A DNA stretch of 64,000 bases from positions 7,070,001 to 7,134,000 of the forward strand of contig NC_087438.1 in the NCBI RefSeq assembly GCF_036321535.1. Direction: 5' to 3'. The position numbers and the translations under genes are program-made. This document shows, piece after piece, positions 39,801 through 54,202 of this stretch (position 1 is the stretch's first letter; each line of letters opens with the position of its first letter). Under the pieces are notes generated by a model, which saw only the letters and a list, made by a program, of their open reading frames with translations, was not told the origin of the DNA and searched no databases. The DNA comes from Camelus dromedarius. Lineage: Eukaryota.

Positions 39801-42800
39801 CAACATAATGCCCTAACCGTAATAAAAAGGGGAAAATAAATTTGCAATAAAATGAACACATATTTCAACACAGAAATGCTCAGAGAACGCAACACTGGAG
39901 GATGTGGCACAGTAGCCAGATGCTCGCTGCTGACCTTAGAAACTTCACAAACACGAAAGCCACAGAAGCAAGTGCACAGAGGTGGACTACACTGGTAAGT
40001 CAACCATCACAAGTGACTTTCCAGCTCCAACTTAGTCAAGTTCAAAGCAAAATTATTTACAGGGTGGCTGCCTTCCAAAAGCTTAGGGTACCTCACACCC
40101 CTGCATGTGGAAAACAGAGGGTATTTTCACCCATAAGAAAGTCCCATGGGACATCTGAGAGTCTGGCAGGACTCAGGGCAATCCTGCAGAGGGCAGTACT
40201 GCCCGACGCACCGCAGGACGCACAGTGTTCCCAGGCCACGCTCACTAAATGCTAGCAGAGCACCCCCACCACTGTCACAACCAAAAATGCCCCCCACCCC
40301 GATTCTTATGTAGCACCCCCAGGGAAAACCACCCCTACAGGAAGCAGTGAGATTTGCCTATCTAAACCCTGAGACCCAGAGGGAAAAATCAAAGGGTGGG
40401 GCCTCTAATCTGGGATTCTTTCCCCTGCCAATGGATCAGCTCAGGCCCCACACCCAGGCCCTTGCCCAGGGGAGCGTCTCACAAGTCTCAGAACGAGAGC
40501 AAAGTTTCCCCTTGGCAAAGTCATCTCAGGACAACATTCAGATCTTGTTTTTTAATTTCTTTGACACTCAATTTATGCCCTCCCCGACACAAGTCCCTGT
40601 CATGAAGCTTTATTTTGCTTAGGATGCTTGAAAATAAAAGATTTCAACCTCAAAGGAGCAGAGCACTAATGGTAAAAACTGTTGTGCTGTTGGACGAGTG
40701 AGGAAACCGTCTTTGGTCTTTCTGATGATCCCCAAATAATCCTTTGCCTGGAGCAACCCATTCTGCCAACAACTGGCACGAATCCTACATAGAACCCTCA
40801 AGTCTATGCATTTTCACTTTGTGATTGGCATCCCCCTTCCTGCTCTGCTAAATTGTGCAGCTGCCTGGGGGCTGAACAGAACTGCCACAGCTGCAATGGC
40901 ACAACCAGCCTCTGCGGGTTCCTCAAGCCCACAGCATCCACCAGTCTCTAGAGGAAGCAGAGACAGAGGGCCTAATGAGAAGTTATGTCAACGAGAAAAT
41001 TATGCTCAGACACCAATCAGACACTAGTTACCATCTCCCCCACGTGCCCTACACATAGGAGAGGGGCAACGTACTCCCTTCCAGGGCTCAGTCCACACAA
41101 GAAGGACCTTTAGAGGCTCTAATGCCAGCCAGTTCTCCCTGCACTCATGCATTGAATATACATCTATTATGCAACGATGTGTGTTGCTTCTGATACTAAA
41201 CGCTTATTACAAAATGAGACCCGGATCCAATTCGGGGTGCCAATGCTGTCACAGAGGTAAACACAGCATCTTTGAGAACACTGTAGGGAGGACGGGCATA
41301 GGAGTTGTCAGCAGGCAGTAAAAACTCCCTCCAAAACAAAATGCCTGCGATCCTGAAATGATTAGGGCAAACGGGTTTCACATGCCTGAATGCCCAAGAA
41401 CTTTAAAAACTGGAAGCAAGTTTTATGTCTAGACGGAGCAAAGTCTAGGAACCTATTTGATATGCAATTTTCTACTTAGCAGAGCAGGTACACAGAATTC
41501 AATTTGGGGATGATCTGTATTCTATTCCATTTCCACGATAGCATTCAAATGTAGGCAGGGACAGGGGAATTTATCTTCCTGCAAATTCACTCCCTAGGGG
41601 TCCACTGGCTCACTGCAGGGTTTCAGTGCTAGCTAGGTGGGCGGTGGAACAGACAACAGCAAGAAATTACAACCACAAATCGCCCTGCAGGAGTCATGGT
41701 GCTAAAGCCCCTGGCTTCTGCCTATTCCTGTAATTGCAAACCCAAAACCACTGCTAGAAAAGGGATAGCTAATCTGGAAGAAAAGAAAAAGCCTCTCCAG
41801 CTACCCAAGGAGCTGGTCTTGCTCTAGTCTAAAGCAGGAAATCTTTTCTAATATATTTCCTTGAGCTAAAACATTTTACCATTCCATCACATTTTATCAT
41901 TTCTAAAATTTGGAATGTGTTTTGCAGTCAAATTGCACATTTTAAACAGCTGTATTTTCTTCTCCTCCTCAACACACCAAATATACTGTTGTTAAACTGA
42001 TAATGTGTTTTACAATCAGTGATATCCTGGAATCTAGGAAATTCAGTAATTACCATGATTTAAGAGGTATCTTAAAGAGCAACTGGAAACGTAATACTGA
42101 GGTGAGAGGCTAAGCGTTGCTTCCCGCACACACATCCATGTCACCACAGCCCTTTTGTTTGCATCCCAGAGACCCAGAGGTTCAACTTTTGGAATCTCCA
42201 GGGAGATAGTAGACCTACTTTACACCTAAGCCCCTGCGAGGTAGACCTCCCGGCCAAGCTCACGTGGGCAGGAACAGCCTGCTCTCATCACTTTCAGGGT
42301 ACACTCAGAGACCTAGTGAGACAGAGGGGCAGAGTGAAACCTCTGAGCTTAGCCCATGTGGAATCCTCAGTTTTAAGAATGGAGTGCTCCTGGCCACCCC
42401 TGACTTCTGCTTCTGGTGGGGCCGGTGAGGGTAGTGAGTCAGATTTGCACACGCCCGGGTTTCTCACAGCATCTGTCCAGTGCTGCAGAAAACTCAGCCA
42501 CCTCCCTGTTCGGCAACCAAGTTTCATGAATGACCAGGCAAAATGGTATGTTTCTTGGAAGCAAGTGATTGACAGTGATGGTCTCGGAAAGAAGGTATCC
42601 AGAGAATAAGTACGCTGATGACCTGGTCCTGGGATACAGCTAATAAATAGGCGGGTACCTTTAACCTTTCATCCTCCTGTTCATCCATCCTCCACGGCTA
42701 TGAGATCTCAGGCCCCTCATGTCAGGCCCCAGAGTGGCTCACTGAGAAAGAATTCGTAACAATATGCTATAGACATTTCTTCTCAAAGTCTTGACCCCAC

Positions 42801-44157
42801 AACCAGGGAGAATTTTTTTTCCCTAACAAATCTAGGATTTTCATGAGAAGTAGCCAAATGTGGAACAAGGTTCAGGGAGCTCTAGGAAGTGCTGGAAACA
42901 TCCCCACCTGTGGCCGACAAGCTTGGAAAGGCCAGTGGTGACTTGTGGTGAATCCATTTAAGGAGCCGTTAGTAGCCTGAGCGGTAACACAGAACCAAGG
43001 CACATCCATTCTCCACGGGAGCCTGTTTGAGCCAGGCATCTGTCAAAACACCGACAGAAGCAACCCCTAAGGTGGGATACGTGAAGGGGAGAAATGCAAA
43101 AACAAACAAACAAACAAAAAAAAAAACAGACACTGTCAAGAAATACAGTTTTACTGACAAAAAGCTAAAGGAAAGTATAAGGCTGATATTTGAGAGTCTG
43201 AAAAATATATTGCTTCCCTGCTATTTTTTGGAAATAGAAAATTAGGAGACAAAAAAAAACACCTTACATTAAGTTTTACACACTTTGTTTTGAAAATGCT
43301 GGTAATGGCACCATTTACCAGGACAAGATGAAAATATAAAAATCACCACATGCGAGCAAAACCATGACACAGTATACTCATGGGGAAAGATGGGATTCCA
43401 GAATAATGAAAAGGCATGCGTTTTGGTGGAAGCCAGCTGGATGCTGAGCACTCCGAGGTCCTACTAGAGAAACAGCAGAACCACAGGAAAGAAGGAGCCA
43501 GGGGACAAAAGCCACTCATCACCTGGGAAGCCCCAGCTGGACTGTCCCATGAGTGAGAAATAAATGTGTACACGTTACGTCCTGAAATGCAGAGGTGTGC
43601 TTATTCAGCAACTAGTGTGGCCCTAACGAACACACAGCTTTATCCCTACTGATGCATGATCTTGACATTTCCTAAGTTCTCTGAGCCTCAGTGTTCGCAT
43701 CTGTAAAATGGAAATATTAATACCCCTTTACAGGTTTGTTGTGGTCATTAGGTTGGGGAAGGAACAGGAATATGAACCTGGAACATTATAAATCTTCAAT
43801 AAACGCTTGGATTTATTTGATTTTTTTCCAAGAATGGAGACTAAGAATGACCAGGAGCTACAATAAGATAAATAAAACTTAACAGCATCACTAATAATAA
43901 GACATAGCTTATTAGAAACAGATATAAGGGGGAAATAAAAATTTTTAATATGGCCTTGTTCTATGTAACAGGAGGCATTGTGTTTCCATCTTCTGAAGAG
44001 AAAAAAGTTCTTTTCTTTTGAGTAGTTCATAGGGTTGGGACAATCTGGAACTGTAAAGTGTAGGATGTGAGGTAGAAAAACGACTGCTGAAGACCTATAC
44101 TTCCTCTGCCTCTGACTCACATGCTGATCTTCCCCATTAAACTGAGCACGTCCTGGT

Positions 44158-44248
44158 AGAGCTCAGTGGTAGAGTGCGTGCTTAGCATGCACGAGGTCAT
44201 GGGTTCAATCCCCAGTACCTCCATTAAAATAAATAAATAAGTAAAAAT
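44158..44248 (+). mobile_element. tRNA-derived SINE (Vic-1-like)
   Basis: 'agctcagtggtagagtgcgtgcttagcatgcacgaggtcatgggttcaatccccagtacctcca' plus (aaat)n tail. Confidence 0.88.
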
Positions 44249-47200
44249 CTAATTATCTACCCCCCAAAAAAAATAAAGTAAAAAAAAAAAAGAAGAAGAA
44301 GAATACAGTAAGCTAGAAAGAGGGAAAAAATTATCCATAAACTGAGCATGTCCTAAGAGAGTAGACAGGAACTTTCTGGAAGAAAGGAACTTGATTGAGC
44401 AGGAGTGATAGGTGCTATTTCCAAACCTGGTTCCTGAAATCTTGTGTGCTCCCCCTGCCACATTCCTTACCCCCTTCCTAGTGGCTGGAGTGCCAAGGAT
44501 GAGGGTGACCTTGAAAGCCACGTGTTGAAAACTGCAGAGCCCACAGTCAGTCCCAGTCCCTGAGTGACCTCATGGAGCAGAGCCACCTGCCAAGCTGAAA
44601 GGTGCCCCTCAGAACACCTTTCAAATGGCTGACACATTAAGCTTCTCTGGTTTGAGGTCTTTTTGTTACAGCAGCTTGTGTTACCCCAATTAATAGACTT
44701 TCCCATCTTTGTGTCTCCAGTGCAGAGACTGGCTCTGTTACTAACCGAATAACTCAAATGCAACACCTATACTTGTGAAGGAGAGCTATCCAGCATTGCT
44801 CCTACTTCTTGGAAAAACAAAATAAAACTTAGACTTCCCATTATGAAGAAAAAAGTTCATAAAGAAATAAAAACACTGAAGTCTGCAAGTATCTGGCCCA
44901 GCCACCTGACCAGTACATACATGTAGAAAATGCTCACAAACGAAGCAGACATCCGCTCTTTCCTCCCCCAGCATTATTTCCCTTTATTTAAGGCACAGAA
45001 CTCCAGAAGTCTTTACAAACCTCCCCCACCACTTAGCTCTGTGACTGAAAAAAACTGACTCCACCCTCCCAACCCCACCCCATTTAAGGCTTGTGCCCGA
45101 CTGGCTAAAATCAAATAGATTATTCCATCCCCTCAGCCATGGAGATTGATTTGGGCACGGTTTTGGGAGCTGGGCCAGACCACAGAGTCTAGCCAGGGTA
45201 TTAATATTGACTGGAACTGAAAGCATGAATTCAGTCCATGTCAGTATACAACTGAGACAGCAAACAGTGTGAAAGGTAAGGTCACATGTACGAGAACAAA
45301 ACACTCCATGGCTTTCCTAGATGCTCAAAGGGGCAGGTCCAAAATTTAACAGTCAGTGCAGCCTTCGTGGAGGAGCATTCCACCAGGACAGAGACGCTCG
45401 GAGCCCGGAATTCATCATTCTGTACTCTGAGGTTGGGGCTGGGGGTCTAGGCAGTGCTACATACGGAACCACAACTACAGTTCCATGGTCCACGTCCCAC
45501 GTCCTGGGCTCACTGAGCCTGCAGCAGTCCTGACCGTGACCCACACCATCCATCCTCCGTGGGGACCTCCCACCATACATAACAAAAGCAACAGCTAACA
45601 TTTATCAAAGGCTAGCTGCACACCTCTATTCATGCATTTAACCCTCACAACAATCGTTATTTCCCACTTTTCCACATGAGGAAACTGAGGCCCAGACTGG
45701 TTAAGTAACTGGCCTGTTCCAGCTCTGGAGGCCTGGAGAATGGGGACAGTGAGGCCCCCAGCTTCTTGCCTGTGGGTCTGAGGCATGAGGCAAGTGTCCT
45801 ACCTTCAGAAATGACCTGAAACGAAGACAATGTTCCTTCCTATTTTTCAGAAGTGTCCCTCAACTTCATGAAGTTACATCCACCCTCTCTCCCTCCCGGG
45901 AGTACAAACAGAGCTGTTTGGTTCTATGAACTGCGCTCTTCCCAAAAGGAAGACAAATTTTGCTCCTCCCCAGATCGCTCTGGTGTCCCTTCCCAGAGGG
46001 ATGTCAGAAAGGAGGACAATGTGGTCCTTCTGGCATCCTCCACCACAGCCATCTTCCCTGATGAAGTCCACCCATCAGAGATGGGCAGGGGGTGGCTGCA
46101 AGCTGCAAGCTGCAAGCTGTCTAAATTCTCTAATGATTGCACAAGTAAGCTGACACACCAGGGTCCAGAGCGGGTGAAGCCTTCTCCACCGCACCTCTTA
46201 CAGAGTGCTGTCAGGACAAGGGGTAACTCTGGGTGTGCCCTGAGTTACTCGGGCAATGAAACAGTGCCCACAGTGATGGGGAGAGGGAGCAGGGAGACAG
46301 GAATGCACGGGTTTTTTGACAGCATCCCACCTCTGGGTGGACTCCAGGGATTAACCTCTCTAGTCTATCCTTTCTATTTTGGGTTTTTTTTTTCCAATGA
46401 TAGAAAATAATTCATGCTTATTATGAATTTTAAAAATTAAATAAAAAGTGAGTGAAGTAGAATGTGGAAAGCTGCCAAAGTCTGCCCCTTCCCTCACCAA
46501 AAAAGCCTTAACAGGTGGATGTACTTCCCATAGTGCTTTCTATACATATATAAATATGTACGACTTTTCTAATCAACTGTATAGTCAAACCATCATTGTG
46601 TCTTAACATTCTAGCAGTAACATGGGCTCATAATACATGGAAAATGCAAATTAATTATTACCATACATAGAAGGGAGGGTCAAATTTTATAATAACATTC
46701 TGGCTCCTGGTATTTTCTCTATAGCTTTTGCTTTCCCACCTACGTCCATGCGGAGCAAAATCCTCCTTGTTCCCTCATCCCTGTGGGTAGAGGTAACGTG
46801 TTGGGACGAGGTGCTTGGATGACACAGATGAAGCTGGGCCAGTCGCCGTGTGAAGAATGGGAGCGTCTTCTGAATGCTGGAATCCCACTCGCCCGGGTGC
46901 TTGTCTTAGCAAGATGACAGCCGTGGTACCTTCCAGCGGACGACAGCTGATGGTACATCTGGTTCCAGAGAACAGATCTCACTGTCTAGGGGTGAGGGAA
47001 GGCCCTAATATCCGCCAGTTCGAGGAAGACTCTTGTTCCCCTATTAAAAGAGTGCACAACACCGGGGAGCATGCACTGCGACGCCCAAGGGCCCGGCGTG
47101 GCACTGGGAGTCAAGAGCCGGCCCTGGACATTGAGAATCTGGCCGGGCGGCTCAGGGAGCCTCCCCAGTGCCCCGTGGGCAGGAGGTGTCACTCAGTCGG

Positions 47201-49555
47201 CCCCACACCCTCCCCTCTGCTGAAATGGCTGCAGTTTCTGGTTGGGTGGCCAATTCTAGTCCCCGTTAGTTGATCACATGAACATGAACTCGCTTCTAGA
47301 AAACACGCTCTGCACATGTTTTTCTTTTAAAATTTCATGCCGCATTTAACTGAGCCTGGAGCCCAGTGTGTGCTGGAGAGGTGAGACGACGGGAAGTCTG
47401 CATTCCAGCACCAACTCCAACACTCATTTGGTGTAACTTTGGTCAAGTCACCTAACTTCTGTTCTGACGTTTCCTCGCCTGTAAAGTGGGAATAAAATAC
47501 TTCTCTCCGAGAGTCTTTATTAAAATAAAAGCAGGAAGAATACATTAAAAAAAAAACAGGCAGAAAAAATCAAATAAAGCCATGTGTAAAGCTAAGGAGA
47601 TGCTCAGTAAATGGCAGCTGCTTCCCAGATGGAAGTATTTCTAGGGAATCCAGGCACAGGACCCAGGAGTGAGTAGGAACTTAGAGTGATGGGCCACAGA
47701 TCCGCCACAAGAGGCAGCTCCTGGAGAGGGGAGACGCCTAGTGGCCTGAGCTGAGGGTGGGCGAGCTGGCCGGCCCCTGGTTCAAGTCCCAGTCCTGCCA
47801 CCCACCCACTCACTAGCTGTGCCACCGCCAGCCAGCGGCTGAGCCTTTCCAGGCCTGAGGGTCCCCACCTGTAGAAGGGCTATCAAGGGTGCCCGCCTTT
47901 CAGGTCGTTATGGCAGTTGTATCAGGCCCGGCATTTCAGTGGCTAAGAACAACCAGCAAAATGCTGATGAAGACTGAAGCTGGGTGACGAGCACGTGGAG
48001 AATCATTTTACTGCTTCCCCTACTTGGTGTCCATTTGAGATTATCCGTAAAAATTTTTTAGCAAGTGCTTAGAACAGTCCTTGCACATAATCATACACAT
48101 TTATTATTAATAATGTGCTTAATACCCATTAGCCCTTTTGTAATAGTCAAAATAATTCCTAAAATAGTCTTTCGTAAAACGGAGAAGTTGTTACATGCCG
48201 TTCTTGGCATTTGGAAGATCACGGACCCTTCGAAGAATGTGATGAAAGATACAGACCCACTTTCCACAAATACACACATAACCCACATCCTGCCCCCTCG
48301 TACACAAAGCCAGCCCGGGGACCCGGGGACTCGGGGACTCCAGGGATCCTAGGTTAACAGCCACCGCCCTTCACTGATGGGGAGAGAGCAGAATGGCAGT
48401 GGTGCGCTGCCGTCCTCCACACGGCTTCCTAACTCCCCTCGGGTTAAGTGTGCTGCGGGAAACCACTCACACAAGAGGGACTAAAATGATGTAGCAGCTC
48501 TCAGCAGGAGCACACCCCATCTAACACATACAACAAGCAAGACGTGTTTCCTCTGTGTGGTTGGTTTTGCTTTTTCTACCCCAGGACATTTATCTGAACA
48601 TATTTTCCTTTTCATTTCCAGTCAGCATACGAAAGAAGTTTTAGCTTCATAATTTTAGCTGTTTGGAAATTTGGTATAACTGTATTAGCCATCATATTCT
48701 TAGGTTGAATCTTCTCCATAGCAATAAATCTCAGAAAAAAATAAAAGTAAGATGATGCAGTATATCATTCCTGATTCCAATACTATTCCTGGTTTAACAT
48801 ATGGCTTTTATGTCCTTGTTAATGTTTTTATCTAGCTTTGTGCAAATAGATGGAAAAATATTTAACATGGTACAAAATATAACTGTGAAATAAAAGCTCT
48901 AGGTAAAGCTATAAGCAAGAATAATCAGCTACAAAAATACCCCTCAAGTTGAATAAAATTGTTAAAGTTTTGGTTGAACTACCAATTTTGAATAATTTTG
49001 AATACAATTACAGCCCAGTAGTTAGCAGATCATTCAGAAACAGAGATTTTAGTGTTCTACTTTTCAAATTACAATGTGGAACTTCAAGCCATAAAGGGCA
49101 GTTTGAAGAAGTGAGAAGTCATAAAATGGGAAATGGAACATACCTAGCAAGAGCAAAGGGAAAAGGGAAGTGTGCGGAGCATTCAGTGGGACTGGTTATC
49201 CCTGTAAAATGTTAGAAATAGCAATACCACTGATCTGAAAGTCCCAAGAGGGCATATAACAGGGAAGGCCAGATGAGTTGAGTTTAAAAAAAAAATGAAG
49301 TACTCTGGAAAAAAATGCTGAGGAAAAAACATAGGCAATGTCTGCTAAAATTAAAACCAGTGTTGTTAAGTGGAATGATAGACAGCAAAGCTTGTGCTTC
49401 TATCGCTGCTTGCTGAACACAGCTTCTGACCCCTCCAGGTCAAGCAGGAGAGGCAAGGAGATCAGGGAAGCACCTGCTGACTTGTATGGGAGGTAAGCCG
49501 GCATCAGGGCCCTTGGAGTTCAGCAGTAGCCACTTCAGACTCTTCATCTCATGAT

Positions 49556-49790
49556 GTATTATGGACTTAATGTTTGTGTCCTCCCCAAGATTCATATGTT
49601 GAAATCTTAACCCCAAATATGATGGAATTAGGAAGTGAGACCTTTAGGAGATGATCTGGTCTTGAGGGTGGAGCCTCCATGAATGGGATTAGTGCCCTCA
49701 TGAGTAGAGACCCAAGAGCTTTCTCCCTCTTTCTCCCTCTCACTCTCTGCTATACGAGGATATAATAGATATCCACCAGGTTGTGGACGT
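49556..49790 (+). mobile_element. MLT1A-like LTR fragment
   Basis: 'ttatggacttaatgtttgtgtcctcccc...ttcatatgttgaaatcttaacccc...gagggtggagcctccatgaatgggattagtgccctc'. Confidence 0.8.
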
Positions 49791-50079
49791 AAATTCCAGT
49801 AAAGGGACAAGGACATCCAGGAAAAGCAGTGGCACAATAGCAAGATCTGCAGACACTGACATTTGAAGGCTCCCCACCAAATGGCTATATCCCTGCACAG
49901 TCACGATACAGCCAAAAAGTCCCGTCTATGCACCCAGTCTCGAGCACCTTTTCAGTGCTCCATTCCCCAAAGTGAACCACCAGCCAAGGATATCTAGACA
50001 TATAAAGGAAGCCTCTTTATTACTCAGCTACCGCTACAATAATCCTACATGACAAATAACCACAAAATCTCATGACTGA

Positions 50080-51785
50080 CAATTAGGCAAGAAAAGGAAA
50101 CAAAATGCATCCAAATCGAAAAAGAAAAAGTAAAATTGTCTCTTTTTGCAGATGATGTGACCTTACATACAGATAATACTAAAGATCACCTAAAAACTGT
50201 TACGATTAATAAACAAATTTAGTAAAGTTGCAGGATACAAAATTTTTTATAAATCAGAAATCAGTTGCATTTCTATACACTAACAGCAAAATAAACAAAA
50301 CAATAATACTTTAACAAAAGCATTAAAAAAAACAATTATGAATAAACTTAACCAGGGAGGTGTACACTGAAAAGGACAAGACTTTAATGAAAGAAATTGA
50401 AGAAGACACTAATAAATAGGAAGATATCCTGTGTTCATGGATTGGAAGAATTAATATTCTCAAAATATTCATACTACCCAAAGCAATCTACAGATTCAAT
50501 GCAATCTCTATCAAAATTCCAATGGTATTTTTCACAGAAATAGAAAAAGCAATCCTAAAATTTGTTGTAACCACAAAAGACCTCAAATAGCCAAAGCCAT
50601 CTTGAGAAAGAACAAAGCTGGAGGCATCACACTTTCTGATTTCAAACTTTATTACATAGTCATACTAATCAAAACAGTATGTATAAAAATATACACATAG
50701 ACCAGCGGAACAGAATCAAGAGCCCAGAAGTAAACCTGTACACATACAGTCAACTAACATCTGATAAGAGAGCCAAGGATACTCAGTAAGGACAGGATAG
50801 TCTCGCCAATAAACGGTGTAGGGAGAACTGGATGATCCCATGCAGAAGAATGAAATTGGACCCCTGTCTTACACCACTCACACAAATTAACTCAAAACGG
50901 ATTAAAGATTTAAACACAGAACTGAAATTGTAACATTCCTAGAAGAGTGTTGGCGAGGGTGTAGAGGAAAGAGGAACCCTTGTGCACTGTTGGTAGGAAT
51001 GTAAGTTGGTAGAACCATTATGTAAAACAATATGGAGATTCCTCAAAAATTAAAAATAGAACTACCATGTGATCCAGCAATCCTACTTCTGGGTGTATAT
51101 TTAGGAAATGAAATCAGTGTCTTAAAGAGATCTCTGCACCCTCATGTTCATTGCAGCATTATTCACAATAGCCAAGATATGGAAGTAACCTAAATGCCCA
51201 TCTCTGGATGAATGGATAAAGAAGATGTGAGATACATATACACACACATACAGTGGAATGTTAGTCACCCTTAAAAAAGAAGAAAATCCTGCCTTTTGCT
51301 ATAAAATGGATGGATGGATGGATGGATGGACCTTGAAGGCATTATGCTAAATGAGATAAGTCAGACAGAGAAAGATAAATACTGTATGATCTCACTTACA
51401 TGAGGAATCTAAAAAAGCTGAACTCACAGAAACAAAGAGTAGAATGTGGTTGCCGGGGTGGGGTTGGGGAAATGAGGAGACGTTGACTAAAGGATACAAA
51501 TGTCCGGTTATAAGATGAATCAGTTCCGGGGACCTAACGTACAGCATGATGGCTGTAGTCAAATACAGCTGGTACTATGTACACGTGACATTTGCCAAGA
51601 AAGTAGATCTTAAACATTCTCACCACAACAAGATGGCAACTATGTGAGGTGATGGAGGTATTAATGAACCCCCTTGTGGTATCATTTTACAAAATATAAG
51701 TGTATCAACTCATCACACTGTACACCTTAAATTTACACAATGTGATATGTCAATTATATCTCAATAAAGCTGGGAGGAAAAACAC
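50080..51785 (+). mobile_element. LINE-1 (L1MA-like) ORF2 3' half plus 3'UTR, with internal deletion near 50945
   Basis: RT motif region 'tttgcagatgatgtgacc' (FADD), 'agattcaatgcaatc', 3'UTR ending 'caattatatctcaataaagctgg'. Confidence 0.9.
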
Positions 51786-52399
51786 AAAATCTCAGTAGCT
51801 TATCCAAACAGACAGCTGAGAGGTTATCTGAGAGGTTTGACCTTGTGGAAACTTGGAATAAAAGTTGGGGGTAGAAATGGCTGGTTGAAAGTGTGGAAAG
51901 AAAATGTCAAAGAGAGGGATGAAGAGAGAAAGAGGAGAAGAAGAAAACAAATTTCAATAGAAGGAACCGAAAAATGCTCAGGAAATGAAATATAGTCACT
52001 AAAATGGAATTCGTCTCATCTGTAAATGAGATTTCAGACCTAAAATAATGAAAACACTAGACAGGTAAACCTTGAATGTGGAGAAAGGGGAATTACATAC
52101 ACACACATACACACACACACACATACAGATTATATATGTTCAGCATCTTAAGGGGAGATGTGAGGGAAATACATTCGCATGAGAACTACAGGTAAATCCT
52201 GATTTTTCATAATATAAATTCAACAGTAATAAAACTGTAATCTAAAACTGAAAGTCAAGAAATCGCAGTATAAGTGTTGTATTTAGAGTTATGGAGAGAA
52301 ATCCATGAGAAAATGACAAAAAGGGTGGAAAGTGCTGACAGAAGATGGGAAGGCTGGGGAAAGGGCTAGAATTTCCGTTCCAGGCTGTGATTCTTGGCG

Positions 52400-52880
52400 T
52401 CTGTATCGACCTGGCTGGGCTAAGGGATGCCCAGAGAGCTGGTAACACACGGTCTCTGATGCTCCCGTCAGGGTGTCTCCAGGAGAGACCAGCACTTGAA
52501 TCAGCAGACCGAGCAGGGAAGATGCCCTCACCACTGCCAGCGGCCTTCATCCAAGCCACTGAGGTCCTGAGTGAAACGAAAAGGTGGAGGAAAGGTGACC
52601 TCACCCTCTGCCTGAGCAGACACATCCACCTTCTCCTGCCCTGGGACGAAGGCACTCCTGACGCTTGGGCTTTCAGACTCAGGCTGGGACTTACACCACC
52701 GCCACCACCGCAATCTCAGGCCTTCAGACTGCGGCTGAATTACACCATCAGCTTTCCTGGGTTTCCAGTTTGTAGAGACACTGGGGGATTTCTCAGCCTC
52801 TGTAACCATGTGAGCCAATTTCTATAATAAATTTCCTCTTCTATATCTCTGTCTCTATCTACGTATACATCCCATTGGTC
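52400..52880 (+). mobile_element. MLT2 (ERVL) LTR
   Basis: 'cgacctggctgggctaagggatgcccagagagctggtaa...ggccttcagactgcggctgaattacaccatcagctttcctggg...gattctcagcctctgtaaccatgtgagccaat'. Confidence 0.85.
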
Positions 52881-53034
52881 AAAGCAAGTCATGTGGCCAA
52901 GCCCAGCCTCAGAGTGGGAGGAGTCTAAAAAGTTAGGGGGCGGGGCCATTCACTGAGCCCGTTCATGTGATCAACCTACCCCACTACCCTTCTTTCTAGG
53001 GTTGTTGCAAGAATTGAATGAAATAGGAGAGGGT

Positions 53035-53103
53035 GTAGGGCAGCTTAGCATGCACGAAGTCCTGGGTTCAATCCCCACTACCTCAAATTAAAAAAAAAAA
53101 AAG
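53035..53103 (+). mobile_element. Truncated Vic-1-like SINE
   Basis: 'gcttagcatgcacgaagtcctgggttcaatccccactacctc' plus poly(A). Confidence 0.75.
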
Positions 53104-54024
53104 AACTGAATGAAGCAATACAATGACAAGATTGAAAAAGTAGATACTCAAGAAGAACTGAGGAATCTGTAATGGGTATTTAAGCTGCAACACCCAAGGA
53201 CACAGCCAGCCTGCTCTGCCCTCTTCTCTCCACTTCCTTTGTTCCGCTGAACAGTGCCTCTAAACTACTTTAATACTCAGCAGTACCTTTTACTATAGAG
53301 AAGTTTCACTCTTTTTGTAATTTTTGTGCTCTCAGCTGCAATGCTTCAGATTTAAGTAAACTTAGATCTGGACCAACATTGGTAGAACCATATATGGATC
53401 TAAGCCAGGAGTTTTTAAACCTTTGCTCCATAGGACCCTAGAGGTGGGAGGGAAGGAGGGTGGGAGGAAGCGGATGCAGCCGTTGAGGCATCTTTGCTTC
53501 AACAACCACAAGTTTATTTTGTTTTCTTTCCTGGACTTCAGCAAGTGATTTAATATGAACCAGGTTCAAAACCCACTCACCTAAGTGCTATGTTTGGTAC
53601 CAGGCTGACAGGAGAAACAGGATCCACCTGGAAATTCTTCCAATGTTAATAGACAGGTACCATATATCACAAGATACGAAGAGCCCCGAGGAGACAGGCT
53701 CACAGAATCTTGGAGGATAAACAATCGTGAGTTTGGAGCAAAGGTCCTTGTTGCGAGCTTGGTTCTCCCATTTCTCTCAATAACAGCTCTGCTGCTTTAA
53801 TTATGGGCTGTGGATCGTTACAGCACGGAAGAGCGCAAAAACGTTACAGAGGCGCCTGCAGAGAGATGCGGGTGGCAACCCTATATAAAACCTCACCAGT
53901 CTGCTCCCTGCACCTGGGCCTCCGATAGTTCATCACCTATCCTTAAGATGCAGGACATTACTGGGCGTCAATAAAGTATTCTCTCCCAAGTTTCTACAAG
54001 TGCTCCTCACCACACTATTTCAGG

Positions 54025-54202
54025 CAGGAACACATACCTAGTTGGTGGGACTCAGTACAAAACAAAAATGCAAGTTTCCTTGTTCAAAAACTCTTAAGAA
54101 TTCCAAGACAACGACAGTGGAGCATTAAACGAAGCACATGGCCTTTCTAGGTGCAGTACCCTGAACCACCGCCCAGATCGGGTGCCCCTACAGCCAGACC
54201 TG
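54025..54202 (-). mobile_element. MER45A-like hAT-Tip100 element
   Basis: 'aaaatgcaagtttccttgttcaaaaactcttaagaattccaagacaacgacagtggagcattaaac' matches the recalled MER45A reverse complement. Confidence 0.7.

Noticed and set aside
43268..43470. Candidate minus-strand exon with a hydrophobic frame
   Set aside because: The acceptor and part of the body lie in an old MLT1-like LTR remnant (~43380-43635), and the peptide is not recognisable.
44158..44225. tRNA-like sequences (also at 24104, 38881, 53035 and a fragment near 36990)
   Set aside because: These are dispersed, diverged copies with A-rich tails, so they are SINEs rather than functional tRNA genes.
53575..53900. Possible minus-strand micro-exon (~53580-53604) and a TATA-like ctatataaaa at ~53881
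   Set aside because: Motif-only evidence with no linked exons, CpG island or recognisable product.
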